Assembly: GCA_964637655.1 (NCBI GenBank)
Contig: CAZWUZ010000001.1
Location: 599 to 64,598 of the forward strand
Direction: 5' to 3'
DNA: 64,000 nucleotides
Source of the DNA: an uncultured bacterium
GTDB taxonomy: Bacteria; DAOPZR01
Translations under genes and position numbers: made by a program
The notes under the pieces: generated by a model
What the model was told of the DNA's origin: nothing
Databases searched by the model: none
The model's input: the letters and a program-made list of their open reading frames with translations, nothing else
Shown here: positions 19,580 to 28,716 of the stretch, piece after piece
Numbering within the stretch: position 1 is the first letter of the stretch
How the letters are laid out: every line of letters begins with the position of its first letter

Positions 19580-21121
19580 CTAATTGTCGCTCCCCTGCGA
19601 CACAACGAAGCGCCCAATAACCGGGTTGAAGACGAGCCGTTCGCGATTATTCTGATACCATGCCGCCATGGCGACACTGTCGCCCTCGATATCAACAAAT
19701 GCACGTACCAGCAGTGGCACCGCTGTGCCGTGCCCGTTTATCGATACGCTCGCTGCATCCCCCTCTTTACACCACGAGGCAATACATTCTCCCAGCGCCG
19801 CAATCATCCCGTTGCGCAATGTCAGCAGTTGCAGTTCTTCTGCGTTGCACCTGTCCTCGTGCGTCTGCTGCATGACTGCAGCAAGCATGTCATTGCGTAC
19901 ATCATGCGGCAGCAATTGCAGGGCTGCGTGCAGCATATTGTCATCTTTCCGGCTGGGGTCATACTCGAATATGGTGATTTCGTATATGCCTGTCCGATGA
20001 TTACATGGTAGTGAGCGATACCGCTGTTGCAGGCAGATCTTGAGCAGCGGATATACCGTGCTGTCCTGCAGTGCCGCTCCGGCATATAACCACTTCGGGT
20101 CGAGTTCCGGATCGTTGCGGCGCAGCATGGCGATGATTTGCGGTGTGGCATCACGTTCCCAATGGTGACCGAGTATCACATCAAGCAATTCTGGTGCACG
20201 CGGCAGGGCTGCTGCTATCCGCTCGCAATTCTGCTCGCACGCCAGCGCCGCAACCGCCTGAGTAAGTACATACCGTTTCCATGAGTTCCTTTCATTGTCT
20301 GGCCTCACAGGCAGTTTTGTCAGTTGCGCCAACAACAGGTCAACATGGACTGGCCCGACAGCATACAGCAGTTCAATAGCATGCTGCTGGCTCACACCGA
20401 ATTCATTTTCGCCATCTCCCTTGTGACTGGCTGCGATGCGGGCAACATACCGGCGATAGTCATCACGCGACGGTGTTTCCGGCAGGCCATAGGCTCTCGG
20501 CAGCGGGCGGGAAGCATCAGGGTAGAGCGTTGTATCGCTGTTGTACCATTTGAGAAACACTTCCCCGGTCATTTCATCCGCCGCTTCTCCCGCTTCGCTC
20601 GAGAGCACATACCGCCGCCCGTTTTTCACTCCCCCCAGTAATCCCACACGTTCACGCCCGATACGTTCCAGAAGCAATATGATCAGTTCATCGCCTCGAC
20701 CAAAGCGCATGCAACCACTCTGCGGCATGACGCAGTAGTTCATCGCCGTGATGTACTTCCGGTAATCGTCTGTATCCGGATGGTCGGGCAGGCGGACGCG
20801 CACAGCATCGGCATGGCGCTGTTCCTCGCTGCGCGTGTCGTACCACCAATCCGGCGCGCGAAAGGCCCAGGGATTATCAGGCTGCGTACGGTACAAATCA
20901 TCGGCATAGCCGCTCCGCACGGGCGGGATTGCCGGCTTGATTTGTGCTGAAAAGAGCGGCGCAAGTGAAACCAGAGCGATGGCGCCCAGCATAATCCCGC
21001 CAATCACCACGGCCGCTGCCAATCCGTTGCGCAGTCCGCCCGTCACCATGTCAGCCGGCGCGCTTTCCACAAGACACCGCCCGCTGCCGTCATCCGGCGG
21101 GATACTCACTTGCTCACTCAT
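19580..21121 (-). CDS. N-terminally anchored helical-repeat protein, paralog of 17015..18337
   Basis: TM helix near the N-terminus; motifs shared with the downstream paralog. Confidence 0.55.
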   Translation of the reverse strand: MSEQVSIPPDDGSGRCLVESAPADMVTGGLRNGLAAAVVIGGIMLGAIALVSLAPLFSAQIKPAIPPVRSGYADDLYRTQPDNPWAFRAPDWWYDTRSEEQRHADAVRVRLPDHPDTDDYRKYITAMNYCVMPQSGCMRFGRGDELIILLLERIGRERVGLLGGVKNGRRYVLSSEAGEAADEMTGEVFLKWYNSDTTLYPDASRPLPRAYGLPETPSRDDYRRYVARIAASHKGDGENEFGVSQQHAIELLYAVGPVHVDLLLAQLTKLPVRPDNERNSWKRYVLTQAVAALACEQNCERIAAALPRAPELLDVILGHHWERDATPQIIAMLRRNDPELDPKWLYAGAALQDSTVYPLLKICLQQRYRSLPCNHRTGIYEITIFEYDPSRKDDNMLHAALQLLPHDVRNDMLAAVMQQTHEDRCNAEELQLLTLRNGMIAALGECIASWCKEGDAASVSINGHGTAVPLLVRAFVDIEGDSVAMAAWYQNNRERLVFNPVIGRFVVSQGSDN

Positions 21122-21743
21122 TATCTGCCGTTCCTGTTGCACGACGCACGCGGTTGTTGACCTTCACCGTGCCGTTGTCGACCAGAATCTTGTCCGTCGC
21201 GCCGACCATGCCGTAGGCAGTACCGTTGACGGTCAGCGCGCCATTCTCAATGCTCACTTCGGTCGTTCCTATCGTCAGGGTATGGCAACCCATGATATGC
21301 GTGGTCATCTTCATGGCCGAGCCGGGGCGTACCGTCACGTTCCGCCTTTCGAGCGTCGCTGTCGTCTCGTAGTCCGGCTGCCGCCGCTGCTCGCTGCGCG
21401 ACAGGGCGCGCCCGCGGCGTACCTGCCCGTCAACCGAGACCACGCCGCTGTCGATGCTGATGGCCGCATTCGGCGCGAGCGTGCCGTACGACTTGTTGTT
21501 CACCGTCAGTTTGTCGTCGGCAATGCGCACGCTGATCGTGCCGCAGGTATACTCGAACGTCTTCCTGCCGTTGCTGGTTGTCTGCGCACTGCTCGTCATC
21601 GCGTTGCCGGGCGTCACCGACACAGCATGCGTCCCCATGGTGGTTGTCGAGGCCACGGGCGCGGTGTTGACGGAGCAGGTGCAGGCGGTCAGCGCCAGCA
21701 GCGACGCGAGCGCCAGCAGTATCACCGGCTTGTGCATGGTCAT
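21114..21743 (-). CDS. lipoprotein with two internal sequence repeats
   Basis: Signal peptide LLALASLLALTAC. The repeat LTVNNKSYG...VRRGRA resembles LTVNGTAYG...VRRATG. Confidence 0.5.
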   Translation of the reverse strand: MTMHKPVILLALASLLALTACTCSVNTAPVASTTTMGTHAVSVTPGNAMTSSAQTTSNGRKTFEYTCGTISVRIADDKLTVNNKSYGTLAPNAAISIDSGVVSVDGQVRRGRALSRSEQRRQPDYETTATLERRNVTVRPGSAMKMTTHIMGCHTLTIGTTEVSIENGALTVNGTAYGMVGATDKILVDNGTVKVNNRVRRATGTADNE

Positions 21744-21744
21744 G

Positions 21745-22167
21745 TCAGTTTCCTCCCGCTCGTATGAATGCCTGCAGCATGTGGTTGTACAGCCCCGCCG
21801 TCAGCCACACCAGCAGCAGGTGACCGGTAAAGTACCAGCGGTCATTGCCGCTACCGGCCCGCCACACCCTGACAACGAAATAGAGTACCGGTAGCAGCGA
21901 GTAGCAGAGCATCAGCACTACAGCCGCCAGCGCGAGTTGCGGCGAGAGCGCCGGCAGGTCCTGCGGATACGCGGCAGCAGCAACCAGCGCAAGATACGGG
22001 CCGCGCAACCCGATGTGCAAAGCCGTCAGGATATCCCCCGGCACAACCGGGTTTTCCTGCACTGCCAGCAACAGGGCACAGGCCGCAACAAACGCCGCCA
22101 GGTTGCCGATCTCGATGACAAATGCCGCACCGCCGCCAAGCCAGGCCGCCAGCCGTCGCATGGTCAC
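21745..22167 (-). CDS. membrane protein (140 aa)
   Basis: Four TM helices; 4-nt overlap at both ends. Confidence 0.45.
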   Translation of the reverse strand: MTMRRLAAWLGGGAAFVIEIGNLAAFVAACALLLAVQENPVVPGDILTALHIGLRGPYLALVAAAAYPQDLPALSPQLALAAVVLMLCYSLLPVLYFVVRVWRAGSGNDRWYFTGHLLLVWLTAGLYNHMLQAFIRAGGN

Positions 22168-24872
22168 AGCCCCTCCGTCAGTGCCGGGCTGAGTCGCGCC
22201 GCGGGATGGCGCCAGGTGCCCGGAAAGAGTTTGCTGCCGCGCACGTAGGCGGCGCGGGCATTCGTGCTGTCACCCATATGCTCGTAGGTCAGCCCGATAT
22301 TCATCCACGTGTAGACGATGCTCGGGTCGTAGCGCCAGGCCAGGTCGAACATCGCCAGTGCCTCCGCATGCCGCCCGAGCGTGTCGAGCGCGCTCCCGTA
22401 ATAGTTGTAGTCACGCCCGTTGCGGTCCATCAGCAGCATGCGGTCGAGCACCGGCAGCGCCTCGGCCGGTCGCCCGACGTTGTAGATGAGCAGGCGGGTG
22501 TAGTCGCGCAGGGCGACGATATCGTCAGGGTCATAGAGCAGCGCGCGGCTGCTGGTCGCCAGCGCCGCCTCGTCATCGCCCGACAATTCCTCCGCTTCGC
22601 GGCGCAGTCCGTGCATCCAGAGCATGAAGCCGGGATACGCTCCGCGCACCTGGCGGAACTGCAGGGCCGCGCGCACCGCCTCGCGCGTTTCGCGGCGTTC
22701 TTTGAGTCTGGCATGCGCCAGCGCCCGGTAGGCATGCACCAGCGCGACGTCGGGATTGACCACCAGCGCGTGCCGGTAATGCGTGAGCGACGCCCGATGG
22801 CGGCCGCGCTCCTTGGCGGCCAGTCCGAGCCCGAAATGCGCCAGCCAGCAGCCGCTATCGACTGCCAGCGCCTTGGCATACTCGTTCTCCGCCCGTTCGT
22901 AGTTGTGCTTGACGGTGCTGTAATAGTCGCCGAGCATGACGTAGGGATAGGGCGAGGCGGTCGTTTCCGCCAGGCATTCCTCGGCCAGTTGCTTCCGCTC
23001 GCCCGTGCGATGTTCCGCGTAGAGCCGGCAGAGGCGCAGTTTCGCCGCCAGCGAGCCGTGCGCACCGATGGCGGCGTCCAGGTACTCGCGGGCGGTGAAG
23101 TCATCGTCGCGGGCAATGCAGGCATCGGCGCGCGCGAGCAGTTCGGACTCGGGCAGCGCCGCCAACGCCGCCGCGCGCTCTGCCTCCACCCGCGCCACCG
23201 TTTCGCGCCCGACCAGCGACGCGATCATTTCGACAAACACGCCAGCCGTGTCCTGCATCGGCGTATGGTAGACGCTCATCGTTGACATCACCCTGCCGTC
23301 GCGACCGATGGCCAAATAGCATGGCGTCGTGGCGCTCGGCGAATAGAGGCGGTACTTCCGGTAGAACTCCGGTTCCCAACCGGTATAATCGGTGAGGAAC
23401 GGGTAGGGAAGCGGATTCTGCCCGAGGTACTCTTCCGTGATGCGCCGGTCGACTTCCGGTGCCATGACCACCACCCGCAGTCCCGCGTCGGCATAGCGGC
23501 GCTGCAGTTCCGCCAGCGCGCCGAGATACATGCGGTCCCACGCGATCCAGGTCGAGGCCATGACGAGCAGCGTCGGCGCCCCGTGGAATTCATCCGTGCT
23601 GTATGTGCGCCCGCTGCGCGGGTCACGCATACGGAATTCCGGCATCGGGCCGCCCACGAGATGATGCCCCTTCCACCCCCACGCCAGCCGCACGTCATAG
23701 CCGACCAGCCCGTTGTACGTTTCCGCGTCCGGCGCGAGCGGCATGGCCGTCGCCTCTTCGGTCAGCGGCAGGTCGGTGCGCTGGTTCTCCAGATGCTCCG
23801 TGTAGTACCGGCTCCGGTCAGGCGCGTAGGTGTCGAGCCGCCGCACGGTAAATCGCCGCAACTGCGTCAGGGCGCGGTCAGTGGTCACCGTATACTCGCC
23901 ATCACCATACCCGAAATAGGCGCCGGTGAAACGGAAGACGATCGTGCTGTCACCCACCGTAATGCGCTGCAGGTCGGCACGACGCACCCGGCACTGGTCA
24001 TCGCTGATTTTGCCGGTAAGCAGCCCGAGCACTAAACTCGGCCCGTAGGTCCCCCCCTCGACCGAGCGCGGCGGCAGCGATTCATACCAGCGCAGCGGCG
24101 CCGACCAGACGAGCGTCTGCGTGTCGCTGAAGCGCACGCTGAGCCCGTCGGAGAAATAGGGCACCAGGTGCGTCACGCCGTTATAATGGAAAACACGATG
24201 ACGGTTCTGGCAGTCACTCTCAAAGATGCGCGACTCGTACAGGAGTTTGCCAAAGAATTGCGGCGGCGTGCGGTAAGCCGCGCAGACCGCAGCCAGCCGG
24301 TCGAGGCAGTGCTGCTGCTGCTCCGCATCGGTGATGGTGTTGCGGTCGGACGGCACGCGCCGCTCCAGCGCGTAGCGCCCGGCCAGCGCCACGACAAGCA
24401 GGCCGATCCCCATGATCAGCGCCAGCAGGCGCGCGAGGCGCGGCTGCAGCCGCCCGCGCCGCGGCGGCGGCCCGACATAGCGCCGCGCCAGTTCCTCCGG
24501 CGTGCCGAGCGCCGTCAGCACCGCCGCGATCAGTTCCGGCGGGTACTCGCGCTCCGCCGGGAGCGGCAGCGCGCTCTCCGCCGCCCGTGCCGCCGCCTTC
24601 GCCGCGCGCACTGCGGCCAAATCGGTCACCTTCGCCGCTGCATCGGCTCGTGCCGCCGACTGCGCCGCCCGCGCCGCTGACGTTGCGGCATGCGCCGCCG
24701 CAGATGCCGCAAGGAGTTCCCCGCTCGGCGCCATCCCCTCGGCCAGCCGCGCGAGGATGTGGTCCTCGAGTTCGAGGACGAGGTCGTCCCGTTCCGTCTC
24801 GCTCAGCCCGTGCAGTTGCGCCCGGAATGCCGCGAGGTACTCGCGAACGAGTGGATTATGCCTGCTTGGCAT
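22164..24872 (-). CDS. PadR-associated membrane sensor: DUF1700/HAAS-like N-terminus, Ala-rich linker, TM, periplasmic domain, degenerate redoxin-like domain, C-terminal TPR
   Basis: N-terminus REYLAAFRAQLHGLSETERDDLVLELEDHI has the DUF1700 pattern. Segment LLVMASTWIAWDRMYL...PCYLAIGRDGRV resembles a TlpA/redoxin fold without the CxxC pair. About 350 aa of TPR follow. 17-nt overlap with the PadR stop. Confidence 0.65.
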   Translation of the reverse strand: MPSRHNPLVREYLAAFRAQLHGLSETERDDLVLELEDHILARLAEGMAPSGELLAASAAAHAATSAARAAQSAARADAAAKVTDLAAVRAAKAAARAAESALPLPAEREYPPELIAAVLTALGTPEELARRYVGPPPRRGRLQPRLARLLALIMGIGLLVVALAGRYALERRVPSDRNTITDAEQQQHCLDRLAAVCAAYRTPPQFFGKLLYESRIFESDCQNRHRVFHYNGVTHLVPYFSDGLSVRFSDTQTLVWSAPLRWYESLPPRSVEGGTYGPSLVLGLLTGKISDDQCRVRRADLQRITVGDSTIVFRFTGAYFGYGDGEYTVTTDRALTQLRRFTVRRLDTYAPDRSRYYTEHLENQRTDLPLTEEATAMPLAPDAETYNGLVGYDVRLAWGWKGHHLVGGPMPEFRMRDPRSGRTYSTDEFHGAPTLLVMASTWIAWDRMYLGALAELQRRYADAGLRVVVMAPEVDRRITEEYLGQNPLPYPFLTDYTGWEPEFYRKYRLYSPSATTPCYLAIGRDGRVMSTMSVYHTPMQDTAGVFVEMIASLVGRETVARVEAERAAALAALPESELLARADACIARDDDFTAREYLDAAIGAHGSLAAKLRLCRLYAEHRTGERKQLAEECLAETTASPYPYVMLGDYYSTVKHNYERAENEYAKALAVDSGCWLAHFGLGLAAKERGRHRASLTHYRHALVVNPDVALVHAYRALAHARLKERRETREAVRAALQFRQVRGAYPGFMLWMHGLRREAEELSGDDEAALATSSRALLYDPDDIVALRDYTRLLIYNVGRPAEALPVLDRMLLMDRNGRDYNYYGSALDTLGRHAEALAMFDLAWRYDPSIVYTWMNIGLTYEHMGDSTNARAAYVRGSKLFPGTWRHPAARLSPALTEGL

Positions 24873-25227
24873 TCGCCCGGGAGCCCTTCGCCCCGCGCTC
24901 GCTGATCACCGTGTCGATGGTCGACGCATAGTCGCGCCAGTGCTTGTGCATCCCCGCCACCAGTTCCCGCCCCTGCTTCGTCAGCGAGTAGTACTTGCGC
25001 GGATGCCCCGTGCCGGCGTTATGATCCCACTTGGCAATCACCGCGCCGTCCGTGCGCAGCCGGTTGAGCAGCGGGTAGAGCGTCCCTTCCGCCAGTTCGA
25101 TGCCGTACGCTTCCTTGAGCAGGTTGATCAGCTCGAGGCCGTACTTCTCCCCGTCCCGCAGCACGGAGAGCACCAGCATGTCCAGCGTCCCCTTCCGTAT
25201 CTGCGCCATCCAGTCATTCAGTTCCAT
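24856..25227 (-). CDS. padR: PadR family transcriptional regulator
   Basis: MELNDWMAQIRKGTLDMLVLSVL...YGLELIN...GTLYPLLNRL is a winged-helix PadR signature. RBS GAAGGAGG precedes the ATG. Confidence 0.9.
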   Translation of the reverse strand: MELNDWMAQIRKGTLDMLVLSVLRDGEKYGLELINLLKEAYGIELAEGTLYPLLNRLRTDGAVIAKWDHNAGTGHPRKYYSLTKQGRELVAGMHKHWRDYASTIDTVISERGAKGSRANAKQA

Positions 25228-25333
25228 CGTCGCCTCCTTCGCGTGTTTTTCATCATGTGCACGGTGCAGTCTGTCGTTTCTGCCTAAATCCTGCGACTAT
25301 TACGCTTCATTGCCTATGGCAACAGAAGATTGT

Positions 25334-25894
25334 TTACGGTACTCGCTCTCCGTCAGCATCCACCGAGAGTTCACTGGCATAGCGCCAGGCGGCGATGCCG
25401 ATATGCGCTGCTGCCAGCCCCGAGAGTCCCGCAGCCAGCAACAGCGGGAGTTCATTCAGGGCAAGCAGGGGGCGTTGAATATCGGGACCGACCGGATTGA
25501 AACGCATTATTGTGTCCGGCAGCGGCTTGGCGAATATCGTACCGAGCAACGCCATGAAGGCAACCAGCAGCAGTGCTGCGAGCATCCCACCAGCCGCATA
25601 GAAGCGCCATTTCGGCCAGTCGCAAGCAAGCCCGCGCCTGATTGCCGCGGTCAGCCAGGCCGAAACAATAAACGACGGAATGAACGAGATACATGCCGTG
25701 AGTATCGCGAATAGGAAGGGGTGCAGATTATCGCCCGGATAAAATACCAGCGTATGCCACGACAAATAGGCCGCCGTCAGTACGGCCATGCACCCCACAG
25801 CGGCAAAGTTGGTCAGCGACCATACATAGAGAAAGCCGCGCTTCCGTATGGTGCCGCAGCAGCCGCTCATTGCCCCGCTCCCGCGGCCCTGCAT
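25334..25894 (-). CDS. polytopic membrane protein (186 aa)
   Basis: Five hydrophobic helices. First gene downstream of the conserved promoter at about 26000-26028. Confidence 0.5.
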   Translation of the reverse strand: MQGRGSGAMSGCCGTIRKRGFLYVWSLTNFAAVGCMAVLTAAYLSWHTLVFYPGDNLHPFLFAILTACISFIPSFIVSAWLTAAIRRGLACDWPKWRFYAAGGMLAALLLVAFMALLGTIFAKPLPDTIMRFNPVGPDIQRPLLALNELPLLLAAGLSGLAAAHIGIAAWRYASELSVDADGERVP

Positions 25895-25999
25895 CCGGCA
25901 TCACGCATCGCGTCCATGCCCAGTGCGCTGCTCATGCCCCTCCCCTTTGTCCCGGCGCCGTCATGCCCGCCCTGCCGTCCCGCTGTGTATCGTTATGTC

Positions 26000-26028
26000 A
26001 TAGTACATTGTGACACTATGTATGTCAA
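26000..26028 (-). promoter_or_regulatory. sigma70-like promoter TTGACA-N17-TACTAT with conserved core TTGACATACATAG
   Basis: Read on the minus strand. The 13-bp core is identical to the sites at 31908, 41453 and 49656. This copy also carries TGACA-N7-TGTCA dyad symmetry. Confidence 0.45.
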
Positions 26029-26149
26029 TACGACGTGTTCCGCCGCTGAGGGCGTTATTGGGCTCGTTGATTGATTGTCATTTGGTATTGCTATACGCGA
26101 TTACAGTATCTTTTGGTAATCCCGGTAGGGTCCGCATTTGACTCTGTGA

Positions 26150-26632
26150 TTATTGTCGCTTCTTTCGACAGCGTAGCACTCGCGCCCGGCGGCGCCGGGG
26201 CATACGCGCCGGCTGTCCATGCTGCCCGGTTGCCTGCGTGAATATGGCGGGCGTGACGATGCGTATGCCCCGCCACGCCACCAGTTCCAGCAGATGCGCA
26301 TCACCGGATACTATGCAATCGGCATCGGCCGCGCCAGCACATTCAAGTATCTTATTGTCATCCGGATCGGCGTCGATTGCTTTGACGCACTGTGTCGCGT
26401 TGACCACGGTGAACACATCATGCAATTCCCGGACAAACATCTGCGCCTGCCGCGCGGACAACTTGAACTTCGGCCGCTGCAGCACGTCGCGGATTTCGTC
26501 AAGTATTTGCAACGAGATAAATCCCTGAACGGATCCGTCAATCACCCGTTCGAGCACACGCCGCGGCTCGCCGCCAAACAGCAATGCGGAAATAATGACA
26601 TTCGCATCGAGCACGACACGCCGCGCGCGCAT
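26150..26632 (-). CDS. PIN-domain toxin (VapC-like)
   Basis: VVLDANVIISAL and DADCIVSGDAHLL acidic motifs. The start overlaps the stop of the RHH gene. Confidence 0.7.
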   Translation of the reverse strand: MRARRVVLDANVIISALLFGGEPRRVLERVIDGSVQGFISLQILDEIRDVLQRPKFKLSARQAQMFVRELHDVFTVVNATQCVKAIDADPDDNKILECAGAADADCIVSGDAHLLELVAWRGIRIVTPAIFTQATGQHGQPARMPRRRRARVLRCRKKRQ

Positions 26633-26880
26633 CAGCGCGCGGCCTTGCGCCTGCGGTGCGCCGTGATTTCCCGGTCTACATCGATCGGCTGCAATTTCCC
26701 GCGCTGGGCGATATCCTGCCCCAGGGCGAACAGGTCGGACCAGCGTTCACGTCGCTGCAGGTAAGCCCGCGCCGCTTCGCGCAGGAACTCCGAGCGGCTG
26801 CGCGCCTCGCTCCGTGCCACCCGGTCGATGTCTTTGAGCAATCCGTCCTGAAACGCGATATTCACGGTAACCGTGCGCAT
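26632..26880 (-). CDS. ribbon-helix-helix (CopG-like) antitoxin
   Basis: 82 aa; N-terminal beta-strand plus helices (VTVNIAFQDGLLKDIDRVARSEARSRSEFLREAARAYL). Confidence 0.65.
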   Translation of the reverse strand: MRTVTVNIAFQDGLLKDIDRVARSEARSRSEFLREAARAYLQRRERWSDLFALGQDIAQRGKLQPIDVDREITAHRRRKAAR

Positions 26881-26897
26881 GTTCCACCTCGCCTGCG

Positions 26898-26929
26898 AAC
26901 AATATACAATTATTGTATATTGTTGTCAA
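26898..26929 (-). promoter_or_regulatory. perfect 13-bp inverted repeat AACAATATACAAT-t-ATTGTATATTGTT overlapping TTGACA-N17-TATATT promoter of the RHH/PIN operon
   Basis: Palindrome read directly from the sequence. -35 and -10 are on the minus strand 20-50 nt upstream of the RHH start. Confidence 0.5.
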
Positions 26930-27023
26930 CGCCCCCCCCTGTCGGCACTGTTCTACGCGCCGCGGCGGCGCGACGTTGGCCACCGTATCTCGTGGTATTG
27001 ATCCAAATGTGCAGTCCAGCTAT

Positions 27024-27548
27024 TTAGTCGACTGCGTGCCCAAAGTCATTCCAATATGACGGTTTTACCGTCACCAGTACTATTCTGAAATACTTATTCT
27101 GTTCGTCATACGGCCAGACTGCCAGCATCACACTCGACCGGTCATCGAGGTCATTCAGGTTTCGATATTCATAGCAGTTCCCGGTGAGAAAATAACTTTC
27201 TGGCAGAAATTCCGTACAGGTACTCGCGCGACGGGAAGTGTACCCCGCAGCGTTTATGGCTTTTTCGATATGACTGACAATCTCATCACAATCACGCCAT
27301 CCATCGACTGCCGTGTCTGCAGTTGCACATTTTCGCAATACATAATAGCAGCCAGACTCATCTTCCGCTGTAAGTGTCGTATGGCTGATATCCCACCAGG
27401 CTAATTCATGCGACAGCGGAACATGGACATCAATGTACGATGGTGATAGCGCCACCGACAATCCGCCATAAGCTACCATCAGCAATATTGTGGTAGCGAA
27501 TACTGCAACGCAACCATAAACATATACACGTTTCGTCGAGTTTGTCAT
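27024..27548 (-). CDS. secreted Cys-containing protein (174 aa) in the AT-richer island
   Basis: Signal-anchor VYVYGCVAVFATTILLMVAYG. Local GC is visibly lower than the flanks. Confidence 0.45.
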   Translation of the reverse strand: MTNSTKRVYVYGCVAVFATTILLMVAYGGLSVALSPSYIDVHVPLSHELAWWDISHTTLTAEDESGCYYVLRKCATADTAVDGWRDCDEIVSHIEKAINAAGYTSRRASTCTEFLPESYFLTGNCYEYRNLNDLDDRSSVMLAVWPYDEQNKYFRIVLVTVKPSYWNDFGHAVD

Positions 27549-27728
27549 GATTCATCCCGCCCATAATGGCGTATGAATGTCAGAGATGCAATTCCGGTTT
27601 GGTCACGCGTATTCATGCCATCACCTTTATGCCACCGATGAGCGTTCTTCGTTGAGCCGCACTGGCAGCGATGCGCAGTAGCGCGGCTGGTTTTCATCGG
27701 ATTTTCATCCTGACACCACTGCTAATTT

Positions 27729-28184
27729 TCACCCGCTTTGACACCAAGCGAGCAAATAATTAAGTAATATTACTGCAACAATCAGGCAACAGCAAATTGC
27801 CTGATAGACTTCTGTTTTTCGAGTGACCAGATACGGGGGTGATCCTTCCGAATATATCAACTCGTCGTTATGCTGTACCGTTAGAGACCGTATTGTAAGC
27901 CATGGCCACACCCTGACCTGAATCACGAATTTGTCATTATTGTGGACTAATTCGAACCGAGGGACGAACCACAGTCTAGAGCGTGTGACAATCTTGTCAT
28001 TTTCAACAGCAACTGTTTCTGTGCCACGACCGCGACCATTGTAAGTTACCAGCACCGGTCCGTTCGCGGTAGGAACCTCGATAACTCGTTTGAGCCAACT
28101 ACGGCTTTTCAGCATTGAATTCATTGTCGCTCCTTTGTCATCACCATCTAATTGCACCGAATGATTATCGCCCTGCGGGCGCAA
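27729..28184 (-). CDS. hypothetical protein with C-terminal TM (151 aa)
   Basis: ORF in the AT-richer island with a C-terminal hydrophobic helix. Confidence 0.4.
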   Translation of the reverse strand: MRPQGDNHSVQLDGDDKGATMNSMLKSRSWLKRVIEVPTANGPVLVTYNGRGRGTETVAVENDKIVTRSRLWFVPRFELVHNNDKFVIQVRVWPWLTIRSLTVQHNDELIYSEGSPPYLVTRKTEVYQAICCCLIVAVILLNYLLAWCQSG

Positions 28185-28230
28185 CTATTCGCGCCCGCAG
28201 CGGTGCGATGCTGGCCATTGTGTGCTCCAT

Positions 28231-28716
28231 TTACCTGACCTTGTGTAGATACTTCAGCAACGCAATAAGCAATAGTATTCCACCGGGCACTAACAGGCAG
28301 CCAAACGCTGCATACATCACCTCTCTGGCATTGCGCGGTCGATGCGGCTTTGTGGAAGGAATTCTCTTCAATACAACCTTCGGTTCTTCCCCTGAGTGTT
28401 CGGTCGGAAAGTCATCTGCACTCAATACCTGGCTCACACCAAATGCCCATACCTTCAATTGCAGCAGCATATGTCGCTGATTCTGGTCGAGACAGTCAAT
28501 CACGACGAGCGAGTATTCCGTCTTGATCCCATCTTCATCGAACAGCGGTCCAACCCGGCACCGTGAAACCACATACCCATGTTTCCGGCAATATCTCATG
28601 GCATACGCCACGTAACATCGTTCGAGCCAACCATGGGTAAAGACAAGGAGAGGTAATGCCAGAATCCCGACAACTATGGCAGTGATGATTTCGATGATGC
28701 TCTTGTCCGTCATCAT
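28231..28716 (-). CDS. membrane protein (161 aa)
   Basis: N- and C-terminal TM helices. 4-nt overlap with the stop of the sensor gene upstream. Confidence 0.45.
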   Translation of the reverse strand: MMTDKSIIEIITAIVVGILALPLLVFTHGWLERCYVAYAMRYCRKHGYVVSRCRVGPLFDEDGIKTEYSLVVIDCLDQNQRHMLLQLKVWAFGVSQVLSADDFPTEHSGEEPKVVLKRIPSTKPHRPRNAREVMYAAFGCLLVPGGILLLIALLKYLHKVR

